NCBI GenBank assembly: GCA_016926475.1
Contig: JAFGON010000021.1
Coordinates: 9,626 to 73,625, forward strand
Length of the DNA: 64,000 nt
Origin: a candidate division WOR-3 bacterium
GTDB lineage: Bacteria; SDB-A
Direction of reading: 5' to 3'
Both the position numbers and the translations under genes were made by a program. Each line of letters opens with the position of its first letter. Position 1 is the first letter of the stretch. The notes beneath the pieces are model-generated. The model made no database searches. It had not been told where the DNA came from and was given only the letters and a program-made list of their open reading frames with translations. Below are positions 10,322-19,812 of this stretch, in pieces.

Positions 10322-10594
10322 ATGATATATCGTAGCCCTAAAGACCCTTGTGTGCCTATAATGGTGTTGCTTATGTTTTGCTTGGCAGCTTTCGTGGTAG
10401 GTCTTTTTTCCGGAAAATTCATGCTTCAAAAAAACAAACTTCCTGATGAAACAAATGACACAATTCACTCTCTTCTGCTGAGGATAACGGTTCTCGAAGA
10501 CAGCCTCGACAACTCTCTATGGCATTTGAATGACATATCAAAATTCAAAGACTCTGTACTTTTCGAAGGAACTTTCGAGGACACTTTAGAATAG
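10322..10594 (+). CDS. Hypothetical small membrane protein (doubtful)
   Basis: 90-aa ORF with one hydrophobic helix, convergent with purD and overlapping its 3' end by 9 nt. Confidence 0.2.
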   Translation: MIYRSPKDPCVPIMVLLMFCLAAFVVGLFSGKFMLQKNKLPDETNDTIHSLLLRITVLEDSLDNSLWHLNDISKFKDSVLFEGTFEDTLE

Positions 10595-11857
10595 ATCTTC
10601 CGGAATATTTTTTCCTATATCCATTCTCATCCATGCGCCGTCGAATTTAATTTTTTCCGCGTCTTCATAAGCTTTTTTTCTCGCCGTTTCAAATGATTTT
10701 CCGACGCCACTCACGGTGAAAACTCTGCCTCCTGAAGTGACGAGGGATCGACCTTGTCTTTCCACTCCCGCGTAGAAAACAGAAGCATTCCGTGAAAGTG
10801 GTTGGCGTGCAAAGGAAATTGTTTTTCCTTTCTCGTATTTCAAGGGATACCCTTTTGATGCAATGACAACCGAGACGGATTTATCGTCAGAAATCTGCAA
10901 AGCGCTTTCAGCTTTTCCCCTCGCGCAGGAATAGAGAAGATCAAAAAAACCGCCTTCGATCTGTGCTAAAATCGACTGCGTCTCGGGATCGCCAAACCTG
11001 CAGTTGAACTCCAATACATAGACTTTTCCCATGGATACAATCGCGCCTATAAAAACCAATCCTCTGTATTGTATGTTTTCAGTTTTGAAATAATCGAGCA
11101 GAGGAAGAGCTATATAATCCTCTACTGTCCTCGTAAGAGTTTCACCGACAGGCGACAAAGATCCCATGCCTCCTGTGTTGGGTCCTCTATCCCCCTCAAA
11201 AGCCTTCTTGTGATCATGGGCTGTGGGAAGCCAAACAATATTCAAACCGTCAGTCGCGAAAAAAAACGAGAGTTCAAAACCTTCCAAAAACTCTTCGACG
11301 ACAATTTTCTTTCCCGCTTCTCCGAGTAATTTTCCAGAAAGCATTTCTTGTCCGATACCAGCGGCTTCTTTGCCGTCACGGCATATAAAAACACCTTTAC
11401 CCTGCGCCAAACCGCTCGCTTTCAGGACATATGGCGGTTTTATTTCGTCAAGGGCTCTGTAGAGTTTTTCGATAGACGCCACCTTATTCCACTTGGCGGT
11501 GGGTATGCCGGTCTGCGTCATAATCTTTTTCGCGAAAGATTTGTCCGATTCAATAGACGCGCCTTTCGCTCCGGGTCCGAAGACGACAAACCCGTGCGCT
11601 CTGAGTAAATCAGATATTCCACTGGATAGAGGGTCTTCTGGTCCAACGACAACAAGCTCAGGTGTTATTGCTTTTACAGCGTCGAGAATTTTTGGGTTGT
11701 CGCCGGTGTCGACTTCCACGTTTCGGCAATTCTTTTCTGTTCCGGGGTTTCCGGGAAGGCAGTAGACATCGGAAACATTCTCATCTTCCAGAAGCGACTC
11801 AGCGAGAGCGTGTTCTCTCGCCCCTTTACCTATGACCGCCACTTTTTTGTCTTTCAT
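10586..11857 (-). CDS. purD: Phosphoribosylamine--glycine ligase
   Basis: MKDKKVAVIGKGAREHALA..., ATP-grasp motifs. Confidence 0.9.
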   Translation of the reverse strand: MKDKKVAVIGKGAREHALAESLLEDENVSDVYCLPGNPGTEKNCRNVEVDTGDNPKILDAVKAITPELVVVGPEDPLSSGISDLLRAHGFVVFGPGAKGASIESDKSFAKKIMTQTGIPTAKWNKVASIEKLYRALDEIKPPYVLKASGLAQGKGVFICRDGKEAAGIGQEMLSGKLLGEAGKKIVVEEFLEGFELSFFFATDGLNIVWLPTAHDHKKAFEGDRGPNTGGMGSLSPVGETLTRTVEDYIALPLLDYFKTENIQYRGLVFIGAIVSMGKVYVLEFNCRFGDPETQSILAQIEGGFFDLLYSCARGKAESALQISDDKSVSVVIASKGYPLKYEKGKTISFARQPLSRNASVFYAGVERQGRSLVTSGGRVFTVSGVGKSFETARKKAYEDAEKIKFDGAWMRMDIGKNIPEDLF

Positions 11858-11858
11858 G

Positions 11859-13661
11859 TCAGTTGTCGCTTTCTATTGAAAGGACGCTCATGAAAGCTTC
11901 CTGGGGAATTTCAATTTTTCCCAGCATTTTCATCCTCTTTTTCCCTTCCTTTTGTTTTTCGAGCAGTTTGCGTTTTCTCGTTATGTCTCCTCCATAGCAC
12001 TTCGCCGTGACATCTTTTCTCAGGGGCTTTATAGTCTCTCTCGCGATTATTTTACCGTTGACCACTCCCTGAATAGCCACTTCGTAGAGTTGACGCTTTA
12101 TTGTCTTTCTCAATTTAAGGCATATTCTTCGGGCCAAGTTGTAAGCTTCGTCGCTCTGTACTATGATTGAAAGAGCGTCAATTGGTTCGTTGTTTATGAG
12201 AAAATCGAGTTTAGTCATCTTCGCCTGAGAAAAACCTGTCCACTCGTAATCGAGGGATGCGTATCCTTTTGTCGAAGATTTCAACAAGTCATGAAAATCT
12301 ACTATGACGCTCGAAAGGGGCATCTCGTAGTCAACACGGACATGGTTTTCAGCGATGTATTCTATTTTTTTCTGTGTCCCTCTTTTTTCATGGCAGATTT
12401 TTATCACGTTTCCCAAAAATTCCGACGGGGTGTGTATGGAGACTTGCGACATGGGCTCCTCTATACTCTCTGTTTCCGACGGACCAGGAAGTTCAGAGGG
12501 GGAATTAACCTCCCGGATTTCTCCGTTCCTCAAGGTCACCCTGTAGGGTACTGTGGGAGCCGTGACGACGAGTTCTACGCCGAACTCCCTCTCCAGCCTT
12601 TCCTGAACTATGTCCATGTGCAAGAGACCCAAAAAACCAGCCCTGAATCCGAACCCGAGGGCGTTCGATTTTTCCGGAGAGAACACGATCGCTGAATCGT
12701 TTATTGAAAGCCTTTCGAGGCTCTCCTTGAGATCCCTGTATTTGTCGTTTGTAGAAGGATACAGACCCGCGTATACCATGGGTTTTGATTTTCTGAAACC
12801 CGGAAGAGGTTTTACCAGCATCCCGGACAAAGTCAACGTGTCGCCTATGTTGACATCTTTCAACGATCTTATTCCGGCAGAAACAAAACCGACTTCGCCG
12901 GTTGAAATTTTTTTGGTCTCGTTTATCTCGGGGGAAAAAAAACCTAAGTGCTGAACGTCGAATTCTCTGTCGGCGCTTACGAGTTTTATTCTGTCTCCTG
13001 TTTTCAACTCGCCTGAGACCACCTTGACAAACAAAACAGCTCCCCAGAACTCGTCGTAGTAGCTGTCGTAGACCAGAGCTCTCAAATCCGCGTCTCTCGT
13101 CTTTACTGGAGGAGGAACATATTCTACTATGCTTTCGAGAAGTTCTTCGATACCGTGACCCGTCTTGGCGCTGACCATGACCGAGTTTTCCGTGTCGAGG
13201 CCGAGGTATTCTTCTATTTCAAATTTGGTCTTTTCTGGATCTGCGGAAGGTAGGTCTATCTTGTTTATCACGGGTATTATCTCAAGCCCCTGGTCTATGG
13301 CGAGATAAGCGTTGCTAACAGTTTGGGCTTGAACCCCTTGGGTGGCGTCGACTACGAGAAGAGCTCCTTCGCAGGCTGATATCGACCTTGAAACTTCATA
13401 GGAGAAATCTACGTGTCCGGGTGTGTCTATGAGGTTGAGCTGGTATTGATGCCCCTCACTGGATTTGTAGTTCATCCTCACGTTGTGCGATTTTATGGTT
13501 ATTCCTCTTTCTTTCTCCAGGTCCATGTTGTCCAAATACTGTTCGAGTTTTATCCTTTTGTGGACGGTCTGGGTGTGTTCGAGAAGCCTGTCGGCGAGCG
13601 TCGACTTGCCGTGATCTATGTGGGCGATTATACAGAAATTCCTTATGTCGTTTTTAGCCAT
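11859..13661 (-). CDS. lepA: Elongation factor 4 (LepA)
   Basis: IRNFCIIAHIDHGKSTLADRLLE G-domain, 600 aa. Confidence 0.95.
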   Translation of the reverse strand: MAKNDIRNFCIIAHIDHGKSTLADRLLEHTQTVHKRIKLEQYLDNMDLEKERGITIKSHNVRMNYKSSEGHQYQLNLIDTPGHVDFSYEVSRSISACEGALLVVDATQGVQAQTVSNAYLAIDQGLEIIPVINKIDLPSADPEKTKFEIEEYLGLDTENSVMVSAKTGHGIEELLESIVEYVPPPVKTRDADLRALVYDSYYDEFWGAVLFVKVVSGELKTGDRIKLVSADREFDVQHLGFFSPEINETKKISTGEVGFVSAGIRSLKDVNIGDTLTLSGMLVKPLPGFRKSKPMVYAGLYPSTNDKYRDLKESLERLSINDSAIVFSPEKSNALGFGFRAGFLGLLHMDIVQERLEREFGVELVVTAPTVPYRVTLRNGEIREVNSPSELPGPSETESIEEPMSQVSIHTPSEFLGNVIKICHEKRGTQKKIEYIAENHVRVDYEMPLSSVIVDFHDLLKSSTKGYASLDYEWTGFSQAKMTKLDFLINNEPIDALSIIVQSDEAYNLARRICLKLRKTIKRQLYEVAIQGVVNGKIIARETIKPLRKDVTAKCYGGDITRKRKLLEKQKEGKKRMKMLGKIEIPQEAFMSVLSIESDN

Positions 13662-13835
13662 CCATGTTTCTATATCAAGGACTCGCCTTTTGTCAATCCG
13701 AGATTTGACGCTTCGTAAAAATCCGCGCTCTCACTAAAACACGTTACTTGTCATAGGCTCAGATTTCGTTTACAAACGCCGTATTTTATGGTTTAATCTG
13801 GAAATAAAACCTCATATTATTGTAAAGGGGTGTGA

Positions 13836-15209
13836 ATGAACCGAAAAATATTATTTTCCTTGTCTTTATCGGTTTTGTTTTTTTGTTCACCTTACAGGGG
13901 AACTTCAACCGACAGTCAAGTAACGGCGGTAGAAGACGATTATCCCTACGTCGAAGCGGTCTCCGCTGACACTCTGGCCTCGATAATGCTGACGATAGCC
14001 GAAGAACAATTCACACAGGCGAACGAAGCTCTGAAAAGTTCAAATTTTCTTCTCGCGCACCAGTTCGCCAACGACGGCATGCGGTACCTTCTGGACATTC
14101 CCATAGAAGACGTGGAGGATTCATTTCTAATAAGCAGGTACAACATCAACCTCAGAAGGCTGTCTTCGGCTCAGATAAGGGCGGCGAACTCACTCTGGGG
14201 CTACCCGGTCATCGAGACATCCGACTTCAGGCTGATACCTATAAACCCCGACGAGTCCGAAAGGCTGAGGCAGTCATTGAACACGTGGACAGGTCCAAGC
14301 AGAAACACACTTATAGGCTGCTTGAGAAGGGGCGGTCAATACTTGCCGCTGATAGAAGAAGTTCTCGAGGACTACAACCTGCCTCATGATATTGCGTATC
14401 TACCGATAATCGAAAGTGGATACAATACTGGCGCTATTTCACCCGCTTCAGCGGTCGGAATGTGGCAGTTCATACCAGGAACAGCGCGGACTTTCGGTTT
14501 GACCATAAACAACTACGTCGATGAAAGACGCGACCCGTATAAATCGACTATAGCCGCGGCGAGATACCTCTCGTCACTTTACGAGAGGTTCGGAGACTGG
14601 AAGCTCGCTTTTGCTGCTTACAACTGCGGCGAGGGGACCGTTGAAAGAGCAATAAACAACGCGGGAACAAACGATTTCTGGAAGCTCTCCCTTCCGAGCG
14701 AGACCATGATCTATGTACCCTATGCTCTCGCTGTCATGCTCGTCGCGAGAGAACCCGAGATTTACGGAATGTCGATTGATTACGCTGCGCCACTGGAATA
14801 CGACACAATACACCTCAACGGCCCGGTTCAGCTCTCTGTAATAGCCAATTCAACCGGTTCTTCAAAAGACGATATAAAGAAACTCAACCCGCACATTCTT
14901 CAGGATTTTACGCCTCCGGGCGATTATCCTTTCGTTTTGAAGATCCCCTCGGGCACAAGAGACATGTTCAAAGCGAGTTTCGACATTTTACCTGACTCTC
15001 TGAAATACCTTTCTTCCACACAGATAAGCTCACGGACAGCCCCTGTTGTAACTACCCCGACTTGGAAATATTACACAATAAGGTCCGGTGACACGCTTTC
15101 GAGAATAGCCAGGAGGCTCGGGGTCACCGTCGAAGAGCTGAAGAGATGGAATCCAAACGACGCCGGCGGAAGGTACCTTCAGATCGGCGCGAAACTCAGA
15201 TATCGTTGA
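13836..15209 (+). CDS. Membrane-bound lytic murein transglycosylase (SLT domain) with C-terminal LysM
   Basis: Signal peptide; SLT catalytic ES motif (LPIIESGYN), SAVGMWQFIPGTAR; C-terminal YTIRSGDTLSRIARRLGVTVEELKRWN LysM. Confidence 0.8.
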   Translation: MNRKILFSLSLSVLFFCSPYRGTSTDSQVTAVEDDYPYVEAVSADTLASIMLTIAEEQFTQANEALKSSNFLLAHQFANDGMRYLLDIPIEDVEDSFLISRYNINLRRLSSAQIRAANSLWGYPVIETSDFRLIPINPDESERLRQSLNTWTGPSRNTLIGCLRRGGQYLPLIEEVLEDYNLPHDIAYLPIIESGYNTGAISPASAVGMWQFIPGTARTFGLTINNYVDERRDPYKSTIAAARYLSSLYERFGDWKLAFAAYNCGEGTVERAINNAGTNDFWKLSLPSETMIYVPYALAVMLVAREPEIYGMSIDYAAPLEYDTIHLNGPVQLSVIANSTGSSKDDIKKLNPHILQDFTPPGDYPFVLKIPSGTRDMFKASFDILPDSLKYLSSTQISSRTAPVVTTPTWKYYTIRSGDTLSRIARRLGVTVEELKRWNPNDAGGRYLQIGAKLRYR

Positions 15210-15236
15210 TAGAATAGCATTCAACCAGGAGGGCTG

Positions 15237-16730
15237 ATGACTAGAAAAGAATTGACCGTAATCCTGCTCCTCGGTATTTTGTCTGTCTTTATCGGCTGCA
15301 CAAAAAAACCGCAGGTCGAACAGATCGAATTGGCCGAATTAGTTCCAAATGACATCCCCATGTTTTTATACGTCGACCTTCAGAAAATAAATGCGGATGC
15401 GATATTGACGAAAGTTTTTAAAGATGAAACAGAGGACTTCGACTACCAGGAATTCAAAGACAACGGATTCGACCCGACGGGTAAAATCGGGATGGCGATG
15501 CTAGATCTGGAGTTTTCAAACCAGGAAGACATGAAACCGCCTACTTTTGTCCTTTTAATTCCTTCTACGAATCCTGAAAAACTCCTTGAATACATCATAT
15601 CCAAGACCAAAGAAGAAGGAGACCAGGAAATAACACAAGACGGTGATTTCACGGTGATAAAGGACGAAGACGGCGAGAACATTTATTTCACCGAATTTGA
15701 GAGCTATGTACTTTTTGGAATGGGGGAAAAATTCAAAGACCTGCACCAGAAGATGGCTCAGACAAAACCTGAAAACTCCCTCGCTCAATGTCCTGAATTC
15801 AAAGAATCGTATTTATCCATCGGGATGGAATCTCCTGCTCTCTACGCCTACATCGGAGGAAGTTTTTACGATGTACTCGAAAAAAGTTTGAAAGAAAGTG
15901 CCGACACACTGGATGAGATAGCTTCCGCTTTCATGGATATGCCGGAAGTAGAATACGCTGTTATCGGCGGTGACATCGAACAAAAAAGGATCGTTCTCAA
16001 ATCATACGCCAAATACGGGGAAGATATTTCAAATCACCCCATGGTGGCTCTGTATCTTGCCGAGTTGCCGAGCGGAGTCGCGGATTTAAGCGAATTAAGC
16101 GGAGACCTGACGCTTTACATGCGGCTTGTAATGGATTTTATGGTTCTCAAAGAAATGGTCTCTCCTTTCATGGAAGGGCAAATCGATTTCTCCCAATTCG
16201 GCATGACCGAAGACGAATTCTGGGGCATGCTTAGAGGCGATATACAGTTGATGATCGGGAACTTCAACATGACAGCTCCGGAAGCCGGTGGGATAGTCGG
16301 TCTAAACAACAAGGAAACGCTGATAAAAATCATGACAATAGCCGTTGCGGGAGCAGGAGGAGCCCTCAAGGGAGAGAACGATTCCTACACGTTCACTCAG
16401 GGTAACAACGTCGTCGACATTAAAATAAACGAAAACGAAGCGGTCGTTCTCTTGAACACCCAGTCATTTTCAGCTTCGGGAACAACCTTGAAACAGAAGC
16501 TTGAGGAAGCCGGAATAGAAAATCCCGATCAATACCCGGTTATTATATATATAGACGCCCAGAAAATACTTCCTATGATGAGAATGTTCGCGCCTGAAGC
16601 GGGTGAGAAACTCTCCTTCATCGGGACGGTAGCTTCAGCCAGCAAGATCGAAGACATGACTTCAACAGGGATATTTATCGTAAACGGTTCGGGTGAAAAT
16701 ATTCTCGAAGACATAATCTCGGCCTTTTAA
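15237..16730 (+). CDS. Hypothetical lipoprotein
   Basis: Lipobox VFIGC after the signal peptide; acidic 497-aa protein with no recognisable domain. Confidence 0.6.
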   Translation: MTRKELTVILLLGILSVFIGCTKKPQVEQIELAELVPNDIPMFLYVDLQKINADAILTKVFKDETEDFDYQEFKDNGFDPTGKIGMAMLDLEFSNQEDMKPPTFVLLIPSTNPEKLLEYIISKTKEEGDQEITQDGDFTVIKDEDGENIYFTEFESYVLFGMGEKFKDLHQKMAQTKPENSLAQCPEFKESYLSIGMESPALYAYIGGSFYDVLEKSLKESADTLDEIASAFMDMPEVEYAVIGGDIEQKRIVLKSYAKYGEDISNHPMVALYLAELPSGVADLSELSGDLTLYMRLVMDFMVLKEMVSPFMEGQIDFSQFGMTEDEFWGMLRGDIQLMIGNFNMTAPEAGGIVGLNNKETLIKIMTIAVAGAGGALKGENDSYTFTQGNNVVDIKINENEAVVLLNTQSFSASGTTLKQKLEEAGIENPDQYPVIIYIDAQKILPMMRMFAPEAGEKLSFIGTVASASKIEDMTSTGIFIVNGSGENILEDIISAF

Positions 16731-16737
16731 CACTTTT

Positions 16738-16762
16738 CCCGGGGCGAAATTATCGCCCCGGG
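16738..16762. terminator. Bidirectional hairpin terminator between convergent genes
   Basis: Perfect 10-bp inverted repeat CCCGGGGCGA-aatta-TCGCCCCGGG followed by ATTTCAAACACTTTT. Confidence 0.5.
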
Positions 16763-16765
16763 ATT

Positions 16766-17770
16766 TCAAACACTTTTAATCCATTCACCATTTTTGATTT
16801 TTCCCGAGTCAATAAACGTTGACCTGGTGAAATATCTTTCAATAGCCTTTTTCAAAACATCATATTCCCTGAACGGACCTCGGTCGCAATAAATCGTCCT
16901 TTTCTCAAAGCCAAGCATTTTCAAAAAGGTCAATTCCGACACAATTCCATAACCGGGTTTCGTGACAACGCAGTCTGATGCGAGCAATACATCGGGAAGC
17001 CTATGTATATGCGTAGATATCATCCTGACGTTTTTTGTAATAAACTTATCTTCAAATCCAGGAATCAAAACCGTATATGCATCCCCCCTGTTCTTGAAAT
17101 CCGAAAAAACGTTGAAGCCTCCGAAAGCAAAGACCACCGTCTTTCTACCCTTTTCCACTCCCAAGTGTTCCTTCGCTTCAACAGGGTTTGACAATAAAGG
17201 TCTCCTTCCAACGAGTCCAGTCCTAATTTTTTTTTTGAAATTATCCAGACCCCCTGAAAAAGGGAGCTCGAAGACAACGTCAGTTTCCGAATACTTTTTC
17301 CTGTAGAATTTCTCCAAAGTTGAATATTTTGAATCTACCCGGGCAAAACCTCCATAAATCCAGTCCCATGTGAAATTTCCCACTATATAACCTGGAATGC
17401 CGAGTTTTCTTGCGGCTGAAATAGGAACAGGAGATACGTCGGAAAAAACAGCTTCGATTTTGTTTTTTGAAATGAAATCTAATTCTCTTTGGACCAATTT
17501 TTCGTATTCTGATATGTATGCGAAGTTCTCTTTTAGGGTTTTTTCCAAATCCATTTCAAGCGCGTCTTTTTGAGCTACACCTATATCGGTACATTGCTCT
17601 GTGTAGGACTTAGCCCCGATGTCGCAATACCCGAAATTTTTTGCGATTTCAAAAGGGTACCCGCACACTACACGGGTATCGAAACTGGAAAATTTTTTTA
17701 TTATCTCAAAACTTCTCGTAATGTGGCCGAAACCGTGAGAAGAAATGTAATAAGCGGTTTGAATTCTCAA
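16766..17770 (-). CDS. GT-B glycosyltransferase-like protein (MJ1255/TIGR00661, MurG-related fold), putative
   Basis: N-terminal YYISSHGFGHITRS motif typical of the MJ1255 family; likely TTG start at 17770 overlapping the upstream TGA (TTGA), since the listed ATG at 17830 would overlap the upstream gene by 64 nt. Confidence 0.4.
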   Translation of the reverse strand: MRIQTAYYISSHGFGHITRSFEIIKKFSSFDTRVVCGYPFEIAKNFGYCDIGAKSYTEQCTDIGVAQKDALEMDLEKTLKENFAYISEYEKLVQRELDFISKNKIEAVFSDVSPVPISAARKLGIPGYIVGNFTWDWIYGGFARVDSKYSTLEKFYRKKYSETDVVFELPFSGGLDNFKKKIRTGLVGRRPLLSNPVEAKEHLGVEKGRKTVVFAFGGFNVFSDFKNRGDAYTVLIPGFEDKFITKNVRMISTHIHRLPDVLLASDCVVTKPGYGIVSELTFLKMLGFEKRTIYCDRGPFREYDVLKKAIERYFTRSTFIDSGKIKNGEWIKSV

Positions 17771-19812
17771 ATTTGAAGGTCTATGAGCATTATTTCGGTG
17801 TCTTTGAGACCCGATGCATTTACAGCCCACGCGTCAATTTCGCTGTAGACTTTTTGGGCGAAATCATCAAAATTCTCATGTTGGTGGGAAGAAAGAATGC
17901 TGACAATCCTTTCTTTTCCTATCTTTTCGTATTTGACGTTTCTCAATTCAAAAATGTCAGTAGAACTCAAAAACAGCCGTTTTGCAGTTGTCTGAAGATC
18001 GGGAGTGTAGTTTGTCACTCCTTCAGGGGTCAAACAAAATAAAGATTCGCAGTTTTCTGAAATTGCATCAAAACTTTTAGAACCGATTACAATCAAAGCA
18101 GACTGGGTAACAACCAGAGAAGTGATTTTTTCGAAAAAAGAGTTTAAACCGTTGTTGTCTTTTAACTCATAGGTCAGGTTTTCAAGTCTGCTTATTTTCA
18201 GCCAGTCGAGTTCATCAGGAACCCACTTCAAATATCCGCAGAACGTTTTATCCTGATACTTGAAAAGGAAAAAAGCGCATTCGCCGGCGTCGTCGCCGTT
18301 TATTTTTTTTATCTCAACCCTTTCATCTCTACCTTTTTTAAAACTTTCAAAAACCTCTTCCCTTATTTTCTTTTTCTCTTCTCTTTTTATCTCTTCGGAT
18401 AAATTATCAATTTTTAAGAGAGCGGTTAAAACGCCGGAAACTCTTCTCGAGAAAACCGTCAGAGCATCCATAATGGTCTTGTCCATCGGTTTTCGCGGTT
18501 TGGTTCCCATCGCAAACGCGATCATCTCCCATCCGGAGAAAAAAGGCAGAATCCAATAACCTTCTTCTTTTTTTACCTGCAGCATATCTTCGACGGAAAG
18601 GTTTCTAAAACCCGGACTTGTCTCTTCCTCAAATACCACCGGTTTTGTAGTGCTTTCGAGAAAATTGACCAATCCGTCCTTTCGAGAAGCGTCAAATACA
18701 CCGCAGGACGTGTTCTTTGAACCTGAAAGGCACGCAAATGATTGCTTTCTTCTCGCGTATACCCAGCATTTTTCGCAGCCGACAGACTGCAAAAGGGTCT
18801 CGCCAAGTCTTTTCGCGAATTCCACTGTGCTTTCGTTTATGCTGATGGTTTTCTCAAAATTCATGAGGTTTTGAATTCTTTTATCGGGATTGCCGTAGAA
18901 AGCCATATACATAAGTGAGAAAGAATATTTGAAAGACCATGCCAAAAATAGCGACCCGAGCATACCCATGACGAATATCTTCCATTTGCCGAGGTTCAAA
19001 AACGACGCTGGCATAATTGAAATCAAAAAGAAAGATGCTGATGAAACCAGAATAGACAGCAAAAACACAACAAGTTTTCTCGAAGGAACGTTTTTCAAAT
19101 TCGGGATTAAATCTTCAAGAAGAAAAAATAAAGCGAACAGGACAGAATACAGGGGTTTTTTATCCGGTGCAAACAATACGAAGACAACCCATAAAAATAC
19201 CGAGAGAAACGCCCCCATGACAAAGTGTTCGGATTTCCTCTTGTGTGTGACCGAACATTTTTTTGAAACGAAACGGCTGGTAGCCAGAACGAGGAAAACG
19301 GATGCTGACAATGCCAAAATGTAAAGTCCCTTCAATAAAACAGCCTCGAAGCTTCCGCCCAAAAAAGCGCTGACGAAAAAAAAGAAAGATGAGAAGACAA
19401 AAGAAAGTAGATAGAAAATTCTGACAAAGAGAAAGCCCGACTTGCTGTAAAAGGGTTTCTCTTCCGGGAAAACCATGGAAAGATGAAAAAGTAACGAGGT
19501 TATGAAAGAGAGGCTTATCGCCTTAAGAGAATTCAACGAGTTTCCGTGTCCACAAAAAAGAAGAGCCGTAAAAAGCGAGAGGAAACACGATACGACCAAA
19601 TACTTCGGCATTTTAGACCTGGGAAATTTGGTCAACAAAAGAAAAATGGGGATGACAGGAGAAAACAGTATTGACGGGTTCATTACTCCTCTGGACAAAG
19701 AAAAGACAGCTGGCAAAACAGTCAGGATAAAAACTAAAACTGCCGAGATTTTGATTATTCTTTTAAAGTTCCTGTCTCTGGAGTTTCTCATCATACCCCG
19801 CACTCTTCGCAT
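17767..19812 (-). CDS. Hypothetical polytopic membrane protein with cytoplasmic GAF-like/coiled-coil C-terminal region (sensor-like)
   Basis: About 8 predicted TM helices in the first ~300 aa (Phe/Leu-rich), then a soluble domain with a Lys/Glu coiled coil; no catalytic motif recognised. Confidence 0.5.
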   Translation of the reverse strand: MRRVRGMMRNSRDRNFKRIIKISAVLVFILTVLPAVFSLSRGVMNPSILFSPVIPIFLLLTKFPRSKMPKYLVVSCFLSLFTALLFCGHGNSLNSLKAISLSFITSLLFHLSMVFPEEKPFYSKSGFLFVRIFYLLSFVFSSFFFFVSAFLGGSFEAVLLKGLYILALSASVFLVLATSRFVSKKCSVTHKRKSEHFVMGAFLSVFLWVVFVLFAPDKKPLYSVLFALFFLLEDLIPNLKNVPSRKLVVFLLSILVSSASFFLISIMPASFLNLGKWKIFVMGMLGSLFLAWSFKYSFSLMYMAFYGNPDKRIQNLMNFEKTISINESTVEFAKRLGETLLQSVGCEKCWVYARRKQSFACLSGSKNTSCGVFDASRKDGLVNFLESTTKPVVFEEETSPGFRNLSVEDMLQVKKEEGYWILPFFSGWEMIAFAMGTKPRKPMDKTIMDALTVFSRRVSGVLTALLKIDNLSEEIKREEKKKIREEVFESFKKGRDERVEIKKINGDDAGECAFFLFKYQDKTFCGYLKWVPDELDWLKISRLENLTYELKDNNGLNSFFEKITSLVVTQSALIVIGSKSFDAISENCESLFCLTPEGVTNYTPDLQTTAKRLFLSSTDIFELRNVKYEKIGKERIVSILSSHQHENFDDFAQKVYSEIDAWAVNASGLKDTEIMLIDLQI

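Noticed and set aside
10322-10594. Possible small membrane protein gene between the sensor kinase and purD
   Set aside because: It is kept only as a low-confidence feature. It overlaps the purD 3' end, has no clear RBS, and could be a chance ORF in an AT-rich spacer.
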